Origin: Hyphochytrium catenoides
Lineage: Eukaryota; Protista; Hyphochytriomycota
Assembly (NCBI GenBank): GCA_900088475.1
Contig: FLMG01001670.1
Location: 89,849-153,848, forward strand
Direction of reading: 5' to 3'
DNA length: 64,000 bases
Within the stretch, counting starts at the first letter, position 1, and each line of letters starts with the position of its first letter. The notes beneath the pieces are model-generated. The model saw nothing but the letters and a program-made list of their open reading frames with translations, was not told the DNA's origin and ran no database searches. Positions 15,001 to 33,066 of the stretch are shown piece by piece. A program made the position numbers and the translations under genes.

Positions 15001-18000
15001 ATCCATATCTTCTGAAACACAGGTTTTAGCGAGAATTATCAAGGCATTTGTGAGAATGGGCACCCACGTTCTTCTGTTGCTAGCACAGAACTCCGGTCCC
15101 CCTTAAGGAATGCAAGACGCTCCAGGCTCGATGTAAGGCCAGCCTGCGGCATGAGGAGAGCGAGGACAGGAATAGCATCAACAGGGAAGAAAACATTAGC
15201 CAGAGTAGAAAGGCAGTAGAATCATCTATACATCCAAGTATGGCGGAGGGTGAGAGGGCTTGAGAAAGACCAGAGACGCCGTGTCATATCTCTTCTACAG
15301 ATAAGCCATTCTGGACTCTGGGTCCTATCCATGACGGCCTTCCCACTTTATCTTTATGGTCATGTCTCTCTTTGGCCCACCTGGTCAGTTGCCAGCATCT
15401 CCTCGCAACTTTGGAGCTCATTCTCCAAACGCTCCAGGGCTTGCACTAACTTTTGCATTTTCTNNNNNNNNNNNNNNNNNNNNNNNNNNNNNNNNNNNNN
15501 NNNNNNNNNNNNNNNNNNNNNNNNNNTTCTCATGTCTTGCGTCTAGTGGCAGAGGAAGCATCAAAGGAACAAAGCTGTCAGTTGATTCCCAACCGGTTGA
15601 CGCTCTGAGTAACTAAATGATCCTTCCCAGCCTTCAAAGCTCAGTATAGTGCCCTATTCAACTAAAGAGAGGTGGACTATGCCCTGATTACTCACCATCC
15701 GTAGCGATAGAGTACCAGGTGTCATCGCTGGCCACACTTTCAGTTCTGGTCCGAAGAGGGCGTCTAGTCTTACCCCGTGGGCTCAGGCTTTGACCCGGAT
15801 CGGCGTCACGTGCTTCAAACCAATCATCATCACTACTTGAGTCGAGACTCGCGTCACTGTCATCTGGAGTGCTGTCACCAACTCCTCTCTGCTTCCGGAG
15901 AAGACGGATCTGGGCAGCAACCTACCCGTGACAGGTAATGACGGTGGCGGTAAGATTTGGGCCGATGGAGAGAGAGAGAAACGGGATGAAAGGGGAATAG
16001 GACGGTAGATGAGCGTCACTGTTGATGGCCCTGGATCTAATGGAGCCTTGATGTTTTAGGACAAGGACGTGAAATCAAACTAGAAAGAACATTTCCAGGC
16101 TGTTACTAAGAGCAGTTCTGTGAATAGAGGGGCAACATTGCTAAAGGAGCAGATGAGCAAGTCTATATGCCCAAAGGGTGACGTAGTCGAGGTCTTACAT
16201 CTGTGGGAATATTTCCGGTATTCGTAGCCCTTCTGAAAGCGCTCAGAACGGAGCTTTCGGCACCTCTGTACACGTCAGACGTAATTGGCGCTCCCACAGT
16301 TAGCCAATCAGCGAAAGTGGCCGGCTGAGATTGCTGGGTATAGCCCTAGAATAGGTAGTTCATGGTGTTTATATACGCAAAAGCAGTGGTGAGCGAAGCA
16401 TGGACAATGAAATCATAAGCTCCACAGAACACAATAGGCACATTAAGTAAAGTTACTGAGACAAACTGCAACAAGATCAGCGATATCTCTCGATCTCTAT
16501 AGCAGGGTGCCTCTATCATGACCAACCTTCCAGCCACTGGCTGCCAAGCTCGATTCGTGGCCTGGCGCGATACTAGAATGGAGCGATGGGTAGTCCCATA
16601 CCGCTGAGCGCGACAGAGGCTAGTGAAAGGGAAGAGCAAACCAATCTATCGTTAGTCACAACAAAATGTGAAAGCTTGAACCGGACTACACGGGAACTGG
16701 GGCCCAAAGGGGAGTGATAAGATGAGGGTCTCACCAGAAGTAAGGTTCTCTACAGGTCTTCAACAAACAAAGATTTGGGAGGGGACTCGAATGGCACTTG
16801 ATCTGAGAGTGAAGCTGAGCTGGCTTACCTCTTCTGCCACAGGGCTGGGTTTCAGCCTCTTTAAAGTCTCGCTGAACTTGATAAGCTGGTGGTATTTGGC
16901 GTCGGAAAGGTGGAAGCGGAGAGGAGAGAACTCTGCATGCAAGTATAATCTGGTAAGAGTATGATCTTGCGGTAAAATTGAGCTCTTGAGGTCTACGGAG
17001 ATGTCAAAGCGGTCGAGAAGTGGCATCTTCTGCCTGGCTATCTCTTGCGGGGAGCGCCAGCTATTGGGAGCTCCATCTTTACAAAGTAAGACCTAAGGAC
17101 ACCCGGCAAGAGGAGGAGGCATAATTAGCATATGGTAAGTCTGCCGTTCGCTGAACAGGGCTAATCGTAGTGATGGGAAACAGCAAAACCAATGGTATGT
17201 GTGCATGCGCTACGGCATGATAGCCGATTGATACCTCTAGGTGCAGCGCCGTGGCAACGGTATTACAGATGAAGTTACTGCAGGCTAGATGAGAAGGACT
17301 TACCTGCACTTTGGAAATCTTCAAGAAGAACTTGTCATAAAAACTCTTTTCCAAATTGCTCGTCGATTCACTCGGCTCCTCGAGATCGAAGGACATAGGC
17401 CCATCATCGCTTAAGAATGAGTAACTGCGCATTGTCTTACTAGGAGACGGTGACCTTGGGCTGGCTCTAGGGGAGCGATTTCCTTCTTCCCGGGCTGATG
17501 GAGGACTTGAAGGGGTATAGACTGGCCGTTGTCTTGGCGTCATAAGTGGAGGAGAAGCATTGGGAGAAGGGCTCGGTGACTGTGGAGAAGAAAGGGACTG
17601 GGCACGCAGCGGGGCCCCATTGAAAGAGGATGCAGGTCGTTCCGCGTCCTCCAAACTCTTAAACTGGCCCAACCTCTCTGTCGTGAGGTTGACATTTCCA
17701 ATATCAACTACTATCCTGGAGCACAGGTCATCCCCATCATCCCTGGGAATAATGATAACTGGACTCTACCAGAAAGGGCGGTCCACATTAAGAAAGGCAG
17801 TTAGTGCAGAGACAATAAATCAAGCACCCCCCAGACCTGGGTCTAGTAGAGGGTCTTGTACTAAATAATATCTCACCATTATCTCTATATTGAGCGCCAT
17901 AGCGAATCTGTTAGCCATGAGGTACTCCAGCTTTGCTTGGGTTCGAGCCTTGAGATTCTCGAACTGATTCATCGCTTCAATCTCCAGATCGTGCCACATG

Positions 18001-21000
18001 CCTAGCGAGAAAACAAATCGTAGCTCAATGAAAGAGGACTGTTATCCAAATCGTCCCCAGAGTGACTACGAAGTGCGTTCCAGAACAGAGCTAGGATCAA
18101 CATGAATCATAAGCAGGCAAAGTGACGGAAACAGTTATCACTCCACTTTAGGAAATGCGGTCATGCCGGCGGACGCTTATTCTGCTGATAGAAGCAGCAG
18201 AACGGCCAAGAAGCAGAGCTACCACGCTTAAAACTCTTGGGCTGATGGGTCGCCTATGGGCGGATGGGTGGCCTTTGACTGTGTCCTTACCTAGTGAAGC
18301 CGGAGCATCGAAAAAGATAGACAACGCCTCCCAACATCTTGAAGTTGGGGAGTAAAGAATTTCCAGTGGCTGAATAGCTACTTGGAGAGACGCATCAGCC
18401 TCTGGAAGATAAGAAGGTTTTGTCTCTAGCTTCAGGACAAAGATCTCTTTGTGAGCCTTGGAAGGAGAGCCCAGTAGTGCTTCTAAGTTTCGCAGTGATG
18501 ACGAAGGCGACAGTTTCTCCGCTGCGTTCATTGCAAAAAACAAAGAGATGCTAAGTATCGGCAGAGTGGACGCATTTGATGGTTAAGAAGAGCACATTGC
18601 AAAACCGAGGCTAGGTGACGCCCTGGAGAAGATCACTATCGTCATCGCAGCATAAGAAAGAGAACAACGGCTCATTTAATCACTTATCCTTACTCTTCAG
18701 TGAGAGCATTCGCGAAAAGAGAAAGTTCCGAATGCACTTATCCAGCACATCGATCGACTCCAACGAAGCGGTCACCTATAAGTCAACAAAAGAGTGAGTA
18801 CACTTCAGCATTCTCGGAGTCTTCACATTTGCTGCGAAGGAAAGAAGCTCTAGCATATATGACAGTTTTCTCCTGACAGCTGCAACAGCCAGTACACGGA
18901 GGCTTGGCGGGTAGGTCTCATACCAGACCCTCAGTTGGGTTCTGACACAATTAGCCGAAGGCGGAAAGGGAGCTAGGGAGTTGTAGCCTCATACGGCTAG
19001 GAGGTCTAGCGGCTTACCTCCGTGGTCCCTCCTGCCCTGGATCGTATGCTTGTCTTCAGATTGTCCCAGTAGACCTGGAGAAAGGAACCTCTGCCTCCAC
19101 GATACTCTCTCTCTGCGTCACCAATAGCCAGACGGAGCGAGCCCTTGAGGAAGTCCAACTTAACCAGTGTCTCCACGTAGTCTGCGGGGTATAGTGGAGC
19201 TCCCGAGGATAGCAAATTCTCTCTTGAGTCCAGTGCAAGCACCTTGAGAGGGGAAACCCTGGTTAGAACTACAATGGAGACGATTCTTCCTCCGCCCAAT
19301 CTAGGAAAGCCGAAGCTACTACTAGTAAGGCGTTAACGAAAGAGAGCATTCAATGCCGACTTTAAAGCCTCTAGACAAGGAGCCAAGATTAATATACCTT
19401 GAGCAGTTCTTCCTGCTCCCTCTGAGAGACGTTGTAGCCTTCGCTGCCTCCTAGCGAGGCTACTGAGCCCATCAGCCACTTTGTCCATCCCACTACACGA
19501 TGCTCGGCTAAAAAACCTCGCTTCGTCCTTGCCTGTTCCGCGGCTTCGACCTGCAAGAGACATTACCCATTAGATTGTGCTTCCCTAGAAGCACAGCTGA
19601 TCTTCGTCTTCACTTTGTTGGGGCAGTATTTGCCCAGATTGACCCTCTCTCCATATCGCACTAATGCTCAGGGTCCTTTTGGTTAGTTCACCCGAGTCAG
19701 CTTTCAGGTATCTCTCTTCGTTCGCTCAACCAGCTTGTCATTTTTCTTAGCTTACTTTGAGTTGAGCCTCCGCTAGACTGCGAAAAAGAAGGATATCCTC
19801 AACAGTATATTTGTCCTCCAGCTGCTTCAGCCTCTCCCTTTCTGTTGGAGCAAGCGCCAGATAATAAGGGAGATCTGGCTCAGAAGATTTGGGATTCTCC
19901 TCGATTGCATCAGACTGGCTCGTTTGTAGTCCAGCTTGCTGGCTGAGAGGCGTCTTTCCCACATCGGGTGATGGCGGAATTCTCTCAACACCAACAATGT
20001 GCCTCTTCCACAGATTTATATATTCCTTTCGGGCTGCCCGCCTCTCTCTAAGATACCTCCATGACCATTTCTCATTCTTCTCCTTAATTGGCATGAGCGT
20101 GGCAGTGATAGAGTACTTCCACCACGCCCTGGGGCTGGTAAGCACCGATACTCTAGGACGCAGACGGTAGAACTTCTGTGTAATCTCGGAGCTTGTCCAC
20201 GAGGCCACCAGGTAAAGAAGATCCCGATACTATGTGGGGCAGGGGTTAGTACTAGCACAGAAGTAGCGTCTACCAAGTTAGAGCTCCAGAAGGCATATAG
20301 TCCAGGAGGTTTACTCCCACATGCACCGTAGTCGCGTGATGTCCAATAGGGAAGACGATCTCCACCAGCGGCTAACACGACAGACCAAGACAGGCTTCTC
20401 AACTTGTCATTACCTGCGTCTCCTCGAGGGCCATTGCCACGTCTTCCCACTCCACCTTAATAAGTCGCTGGGGACTCTTGGTGTCGGTCAGGTCATGGTT
20501 AAGCTTGAGCTTCACGTTGGCATTTACTGGCCGGAGGATGAAATGGTGCTTGGGAAGGTGGATTTTCTCCGTTCCCCGACGAGTAATGCCACTAGGGATA
20601 TCAAAGTAGCAGTTGCAGAAAGGACGAGAATCTCAAGCTCTATATGTGCGGGTGCAAATGATTGAGAAGATCTCACTCTCATACAGCAGAGATTGGGCAA
20701 CTGTCAGCCACATTGAGGAACTGAAAGCATGCAGAAGTCCGGTGTACCCAGGCTCGAGCATTGGTAGAAGGGAATGTGTACGTCTGACCAGAATGTGACC
20801 CTAAAGATGTCTCAGTCAATACCTTTGAAAAGCCGCCTCCAGCTCGTCCAAGGACATTTTGAGATAAGAGCCAGAATCATGCCCTCTTCCACGCTGCCGG
20901 TATTGGCAATCATAGTTTAGATAGATCGCCATCTGATACAAATTCAAGACCTTATAGATAAACTTGGCCGTGCCCTTAGCTTTGCTCAAGTCTATGTAAG

Positions 21001-21965
21001 CGGGCCGCCACTGTTCGTCCGTGGACTGGGAGAGGAAAATGTGATGAATCCGCGTTATCTTTCCGCTTGGTGTTCCCATTCCTTAACCCCAGCCCTTCTC
21101 TCGATTTCACAAGCAGGCGGCAGAGATGCGGCGTCTCTCTTTAACCATCCGCTGTCATCCGATATCGTAACATAGAGACTATATGCCCTGCCCACACCCA
21201 TCTACCGGCCCCTCTATCATCGTCACACCCTTATCGCCCGCTAGACACAACCTGCCTCTCCTTCACCTCTATGATTGGTCAGTTTCTAACTCACCTGCAT
21301 ATGGAGAGATTCTATGGTCAGGCCTAAGGAGAACGGCGACTTAGGGCTCGAGACACGGTCTTCGTAGCGGATGTGGACGTTCCGGATCGTGAGCTGAAGG
21401 AGAAGGTCAACGTAAATAGCATTGATGGTGACGTGGAAATCCTCCTACTTTTCCTACCTGGAGGTTGTCAACAATTTTGTTGATGAGACGGGATGTGAAG
21501 CCACCATCGTCCCCTCCTATTCTAGACTTGGATGCGGCCAGTTCAGCTGCTTCTAGGACTTTCCTCTTGGCAATCAAGGTTATCTTTTCTGAAGCCGCCA
21601 CTTTCTCATCATAGTCCTGAATGGACTCGGCCAATATGTAGAGACCATCTACGGTTATCTTGACAGGTTCACTAGCCAGGCGATTCCATGGGATGGATAT
21701 GGTAAGTAGCTTCACGAATCCACGGTGCAGGGAGATCGGTAGCTGGAGCTGTTCAAGGACATCTCTCTTTAGCTCCGCTTTCTCCAGAGAAATATATCCT
21801 AAGGTGCGTTTTGATTGGCAAGGTGAGATTATATTGAAAGACAACCATGTGAAAATACTGACCGTGCCAGACTCCGACTTGGATTTTCTCCGAGCTGAAG
21901 CAGGCCGGATGGATGTAATTTCCTAGAAGGCTAGTGAGAAATTGCGCAACCCAGCCTTCAAACAT
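1..21965 (-). CDS. VPS13: VPS13-family bridge-like lipid transfer protein, multi-exon, 3' end beyond the left edge of the window
   Basis: Chorein_N start MFEGWVAQFLTSLLGNYI...IQVGVWHG (ATG 21965), then LQLPISLHRGFVKLLTISIPWNRL, SRLINKIVDNLQ and PRAWWKYSI. Mid-region WEPLIEPW (about 7620). VAB/SHR-BD-type segments (FTPYWVVN, TKVVTLKPWFMLVN, GWTWSGAFPI, PPYRVEN, YAWDEP). APT1-region motifs GLGVSLLNRAPQELLY (about 1040-1100) and LQIDNQL (about 810-830). Dozens of GT-AG introns; the frame is still open at position 1. Confidence 0.95.
15464..15526. other. Assembly gap (63 N) inside a VPS13 exon
   Basis: Run of N. Both flanks carry 'ttct', and merging them gives an in-frame RHEKMQKLVQALERLE on the minus strand. 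Confidence 0.9.
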
Positions 21966-22843
21966 CCTTCCAGGTTTGAGAGTGATTGCCCTGGACCCCA
22001 CTCTCTTGGTCTAGTTCGTCAACACTGCTGAGAGGAGTCGAATTGCATAGCCATCATAGACTTTTCAAGACAAGGGGGAGGGGTTCTCCGCGATAGAGGC
22101 ACCAGATCTCCATGCACATTGTCGAGTGTGCTTCAAAAGTTGCATAAGCCAGAAAATAAAGGCTGCGGCATCTGACCGACGGCAGGAATTGTGAAGCTTT
22201 GTTGAAGGCTGCGGCGACCAAGGAGACCTCAGGAGACCGATGAAGGACGGCGTTCGCATAGTTGAGAAGCCTGAGCTTCCGCGCTGGTTTGCCCTTTTGT
22301 CTGTTCCGATGACGTACCGCTAACGGCTACCACTGATAACTACCCTATAGTCTGTTGTACTGATTCTGATTCTGTTGTCCGCCGCCAGCACAAGACACGA
22401 AGATAAAGAATGAGGGAAGTGGAACAGCAATAATAACTTCCAAGTTAAAAAACGCAGGAAGAAAGGAGGTAGGCAATGCTGGCGGCCCACTGGTGACATC
22501 AACTGCTAGCAGGCAGACCTGAATGGGCAAGTTCAGCCATTGCTTGAGATTGTATCGCTCTTGCCACCTCTCAGGCGGCAGCTGTTGAAGCATCGTAGTG
22601 GCCAGACATTCAAGGAGATGGAGCCAATGATTGAGGAAGCTGAAGGACTCCAAACTGGAAGCTGAATCTGCTCGGCCAAGTTGTTATTCTAAGCGATGGG
22701 AGGGCCCGACGATTCACGATCGTCTCTCATCTCTGGAAAGCAATTTCGCACCGAAAGAGAAGCTGCCACACAGCTGGCTGGATAGATGGAATGCTTCTTC
22801 TCCAAACTGATGCTGGTGCGGCGCAGCTAAGGTTTGTGGCAAG

Positions 22844-25800
22844 ATGAGCCAGCTGGTGGAAGATGACTTCAAGTGCATTGTCTGCCTTGATCTGCCTCGG
22901 GCAGTGCGTTTCATGCCCTGCAGTCATGCACTTATGTGCAGGTAGGTTACTGCTTTCCGCTCTTACTCTCTCAGCTCCCAATTCTCATTAGCTCTAGCAG
23001 TGCTGACGCCAATCAGTGGATACATCGAAATGGGAAATGCCCAAACTGTCGAGCTGCCATTGAAGGCTTTGTACTCATAGAGAACCGGGATCCTAGACAG
23101 ACCTTTGTCTTGACAGACGAAGACGATAAAAGGGAGTTCCACCGCCTTATTGAGAGCTCTCACCGGTCAAACGATGGGGAGACTCTTTGGAATCCGGCGC
23201 CTTATGTTGACGCTCAGCTGCGATTAGGATCCGGATCAGCAATTCAAGCTCTCATTAGGGATAACCAAGCTGCTCTCTCGGCCGCACAGTATGCTCGAGC
23301 ACTAGCGAGAGAGAGGACTCTCCCACCTGAGGACACTGTGGGGATCATCTTAACGATGATGAACGAGAATATCGACAGCACCGTTCTTCAGGAGGCGGGA
23401 TGTCGGTGAGTCTTTAGGTCGTAATTTGCACTGCATTAAGCGCCTTCTCCAACTTTGTACTTAGTGCCCTAGGTGATCTGGCCCACTCCAATAAGATCTA
23501 TCAAACGTTGGTCCTACGGCAGGATGGCCTTAGAATCGTCAGTGAAGTTATCGAGAGAAACAAAGCCCAGATAGGTATTCAGAAATGGGGATGCTATGCC
23601 ATTGGTCTCCTAGCAGCAGGTCAGGTCCTTCCAGCATCTGGTCTCTATTCACTTTGATGTCTCACCTCTATTCTGATCGTTGCGCTGTACTGGCCCTCGG
23701 GTAAATGATGTAGGTTGTCCTGAAAATCAGCGGGAGCTTGCAAACCGCGGTGTGATTGGGACGATCCTAGAGACTATGGTCCAACTGATAACGTTGACTG
23801 ACTTGCACCGGTGGACTTTGTTCGCACTCGGCCAACTTTGCTTTAGAAATACGGAGAACCAGAACCTAGTGAAAGCGCTTGGGGGGATCAGCACGATTCT
23901 CTATCTTGTCTCGTCAAACCTCTATAACCCAGATATCCAACAACAAGGTAAAGAGTTGAGCAAATGATAAGGTCATAGGGTATTAGTTAGAGATACAAAC
24001 GCTTTCGGAGTTCGTAGACAGTTACCATCGTGAAAGGTGGAAGAGTCATATTGGGCCTTGAATGCTGAAGCCAGGTTTTCAATCCTTCCTAGCCTTATGG
24101 GTTATAGGAGAGCTTGCAGAAGGAAACTTGGAGACGCAAGTGACTTTGCAAGAGGAAGGCGTGGTTGAGACTATAATGGAGTCGATCCAGAGCCATCTTC
24201 TCAACAAAGATGTCCAACAATGGGGTTGTTATGCCATTCGAAGACTGGCAGAGAACAACCTGTCCCTTAAACAGAACTTTATTGATGCCGGTGCCCTTGA
24301 TGCGGTGAGCTCCTTTTCCTTCCTTTTGGCCCATAACTCTGGTCCTGAGATACTCTTAGCGCCCCTTGTTATCCGTGACTCCTTGGTCTCTCTTTATCTT
24401 TGACAACATGCCGACGTCATCTTACCACGCACTGTTGGGATTTTCGGCCCTGACTCTCTCTCCTACTATCTCTTTGCCTCAGGTAGCTACAATCCTCAAG
24501 GCTAGTCGAGAGGAGATGGAAGTGGCGCGAAGGGCAATGTCTGCTCTGGGAAAGCTTCTGACGGACAATCAGGGTTACCTTGCTTCCCTACAAGATGAAC
24601 AAACGATCTTAGTGCCTCTTCGAATCATGCAGGCGGGGGAGGAGGATGTGAACCTTACTATAGAGGCAGTCGCTCTAGTGTCGAGACTTATTTCCACGGG
24701 CGACGCGCAGATATGTAGCAATTTTATGAAGTTGGAAGGCCTGCAGGCAGTGACAGACGCGATTGTCTCTGAGAGGTAGGAAAATCAAATAAGTGCAGAT
24801 AGCTGACTGGATGCATGGTCTTCTCCCAGCTCCATTTACGGACAAGCAGTTCTTTATGTTGCTCCTATTTGTTGGTTACATGCTAGCTTCCCTTCGATGT
24901 TCTAACGGGACGCAGGCCAGTATAGCTGCCTAATGCATAGAGTCTAACGGCGGGCTATTTCTTTTGATAAATACTACAGGGCGGATGCTACCTTGCACAT
25001 GTGGGCTTGCTACCTGTACGGCAAGCTCTCGGAAAAGTCCTTCTCTGGAGATCAGTTTCTACCTGAAATACTTGCGTCCGGGCTTAATGCAGTCACAAAA
25101 ATTTTGTTGAGAAGAGGGGAAGATGAGCATGTCGTTAAAAAAGTATGCTATCTTTTCTCAAAATTCTGGATGCACCGCAAGATTTTCCACAAAGCTGTAA
25201 GACAGCTGGATCGAGAACAGATAGAATCTCTGTCAACCTCGTTTGTCAGCACTCTAACAGCCTTGAAGGACAAGCACTGCGTGACCAGGGATACTTTACA
25301 ATTGGTTGGTCGCCTGGCAGGTGTAAGCCCAGTTTTCAGTGCTTTTCTTGTACAGAAAGGTGCGTTCGAATCTGTTTTGAAGGCGATGGAATGCTGTTCG
25401 GACAGTGAAGAAGTACAGCTGTATGGTTGCTCTTGCCTTGCTAAGCTAGCTGAGGGAAGCAAGGAAGCTCCGGAAATGTTCTTCAGCTCTCCAGGTAACC
25501 CTTTCCTTCCTTTCCTTTGCGTTACTGTGACATTTGTCCAAGAAGATCCGCTTCTGCTCCGCACAAACTTCTTCAAGGTGCATGAACAACTCTTTTTTGA
25601 ATCCAAAATATTTAGCTAATCCTGTCTTACAACGTCATCCCGGCCCGCTGATGGTACCTCGCCGCTTTGGTTCCTATGTGATGAAAATTGCCCCGTGTTC
25701 TCCTTTCCCACGCTCTCTTCTCTTATGCATATGTAGGGTCACTACCCCAAATCATCTCTGTCATGAGGCGCTACTCGAGCCACAATGGGATATGTTCGAA

Positions 25801-27078
25801 GGCCTTAACCCTTCTCATAGAGCTCAATCCTGCCGGCGAGCGAGAGCGACAAGACCTTTATTTGACGGCGGGAGTACTGGAAGCTATCGGTTCCATTCTT
25901 CCTGGACTCAGTTCTCCTGAAGTGATACAAAAGAGCTGCGGTGTCATCACCCGTGCTGCTCGAAACAATGAAACTGCTCAAGTGAGACTGGCAAACCTTC
26001 TCACTGTTCCCAAGATAGTGCTAGGCATGCGACGCTTTGAAGACAACAAAGATTTGCAACAGTCTGCCTGTGCTGCCCTAGCACAGCTTGCTGACCGCTC
26101 TTTAGAAAACCAGCAACAGATCTTGTCGCAAGCAGAGGAAGGACGGGTCAGTGAAGCCGTCGCTGCTATTTTAGGGGCGATAAAACGTCATGCTTCCTCT
26201 GTCAGCGTTATTGTCAGCGCCAGTGCTGCACTGGGAAATCTTGCCCGAGGTTCCACTGTTAACCAAGAAGCGTTACGTACATCGGGGTGTTTGCCTCTTC
26301 TGCTAGATGCCTTGAAGCAACATGTAAATATTGCAAAGCTGCAAGAGAAGGTCTGTTGGGCGCTCTCACTTATCGCAGATGACAATCCTGCGGTCAAAAC
26401 TGACATTGGACTCTTGGGCGGAATTGAGTCGCTTGCCCTCTCTTTCAAGATCCACAAGCTTAATCCCCGCGTAGTGATGGAAATTTGCTACTGCCTTGCA
26501 ACGCTGTGTGACTATCATCCAGAGAATCAGAGCGTGATCCTACTGACCGATGTGGTACCTCTGATATCGGAGAGCCTCGAGCTGCACTCGGGCCACACCG
26601 ACGTGCTGCAATGGGGTTGCTATGCCATTGGGAAGATGTGCAGTGCGAACATGGATGTGCAGGAGGTGTTTCTGAAGCAAGGTGAGGCCATTACTCTGCA
26701 CATTATGTGGCTTCGTTCATATTTTGACGTGACGATCTTTTTGGAGCTTACCTCTTGTTATCCCCACTAACAAGAGCTCTCTCTCTTGTATGCCCTCTAT
26801 TTGGGGCTCCTTTTTGTATCTGGCGCTCACGCCCATTGGCTGGCTTAGGGACGACAGTGAAAGTGGTGCAAACAATGCGTCTTCATCCACAAGATGTTGA
26901 AGTACAGCGGAAGTGTTGCTATGCAGTTGCCTCCATGGCGCTGGCCAATGCCGACGCGCGGAGAGACGTGGTTGATGCGGGAGGACTCACGTGCATCGAG
27001 GAAGCTCTCAAGAATCATGAGAGCAATGAGAGGATTCGACATGTGGCCAGGGAGACACTGGCGCTACTGAAGAAGTAG
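22844..27078 (+). CDS. RING-HC finger + armadillo-repeat protein (putative E3 ubiquitin ligase), multi-exon
   Basis: MSQLVEDDFKCIVCLDLPRAVRFMPCSHALMC, intron, then SADANQWIHRNGKCPNCR. Followed by many ARM repeats (VQQWGCYAIRRLA, VQLYGCSCLAKLA, LQQSACAALAQLA, LQEKVCWALSLIA, VLQWGCYAIGKMC, VQRKCCYAVASMA). Stop TAG at 27076-27078. Confidence 0.88.
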
Positions 27079-27606
27079 GTAGAGAGGCACTATGGAAGGA
27101 GAGATGCTGTAGCTCTCCATGCCTATTAGAGGCTGTCCCAGAGGCGGTGTCTTACTAAATAGGCAAGGCGATAGGTAATGTGCAAGGAGCCACCCCACTG
27201 CAGTGTGTTAGGTAATAGAGGAGTGAGAGAAGGAAATTGTGACTACGAGGCCGAGGAAAGGCGACATATTTATTTGGGCTCTTCTGAAGATGTAACATCA
27301 TGGAAGAGCTGGAGGACACCTATTCTAAGCACAAGATTGCTCCTTTGAATCGACGATCTCAGTTCACCACCTTACAGCATTGTCCTTGGCGGTCGTCGCT
27401 CTCTTCACTTAGAATGTAGAACCTTCAAAACAGTGGCCGGTGCGTGTCCACTGCGTTTCTCTCGATACCAAGAAATTATGAAGGATTACCCTAGGCGCCA
27501 TAGGCCAGTAGGGAGACACTCAGAACCTACGTCTTTTTCACAGAGTCGTCGCCATCGACATCATGTCAGTGCCTCTACCTCCAAAGACTGCCATCTTTCT
27601 TTTCTT

Positions 27607-32195
<4,589 letters not shown>

Positions 32196-33066
32196 CCCTC
32201 CTTGCACACTTTAATAAAAAACCGCAGGAGCTCTCTCACGAAAGATGAAGGCGTCACTCAATCGTCTTATTGCTGATTGAGTCCCTTCTTCCTCTTTGCA
32301 GAGGCGGTAGCGCGAAGAAGATTCATCAACAAATAGAAAGCCAGCCCGACCAAGGAGAAACTCCAAATGCGGAGGCGAGGAACTCTGGTAAGAATCTTCA
32401 GAATTCTCGGCGGCAGCGCCTTGGACAGCCTGCCGTGACCGCCAACACTCCTCACCAAGAGCGACATTATTCTAAATTAGCGGTGGTTACTTTCCACAAA
32501 TAAGGGAACATGTGTTGATTGATTCAAAATCGGAGACTGCCGCCCGTACACTGCACATGCACTTCAACTTGCATAGGTCAGATCATCTTCGGCATGAGGT
32601 AGAATGATCAAGGCCGCCACACCTCTGAAGTAGTGGGAGCTTTACTAGCGTGCCCAGGCAGTGTCTCAAGTCTCTTAACAGCTTCTTATTGTGGGCGTAC
32701 GTGGGCCACGTAACGTTGCGCAGTTCTTAGACCTTTAGTGCAGCAATGCAAGCTTAGCGCCTGCCAGCATCATCTACAGCGCCAGTTCACTTTATAACGT
32801 ACCTATCTCCCGCCAGGATAGGCAAAAGAAGATTCATATAATATGCGCACATAGATTTGTTTCAACCCAGAGTTGCGACCTCAATGCACGGTGTTGACTG
32901 GCAATGCAGAGATTTATATTATAGGTCTTACCATCACCTTGATGGCATTGGAGTTACCTACCTAGAGGCATGTTGTTAGAAAGAGGAAGTTCCTTCTATT
33001 TCTATAAGGATACCAGTCTAGGGCATCTTCTGACCCAACTGATGCGTGAAGAAACCCGTCCTTCCC

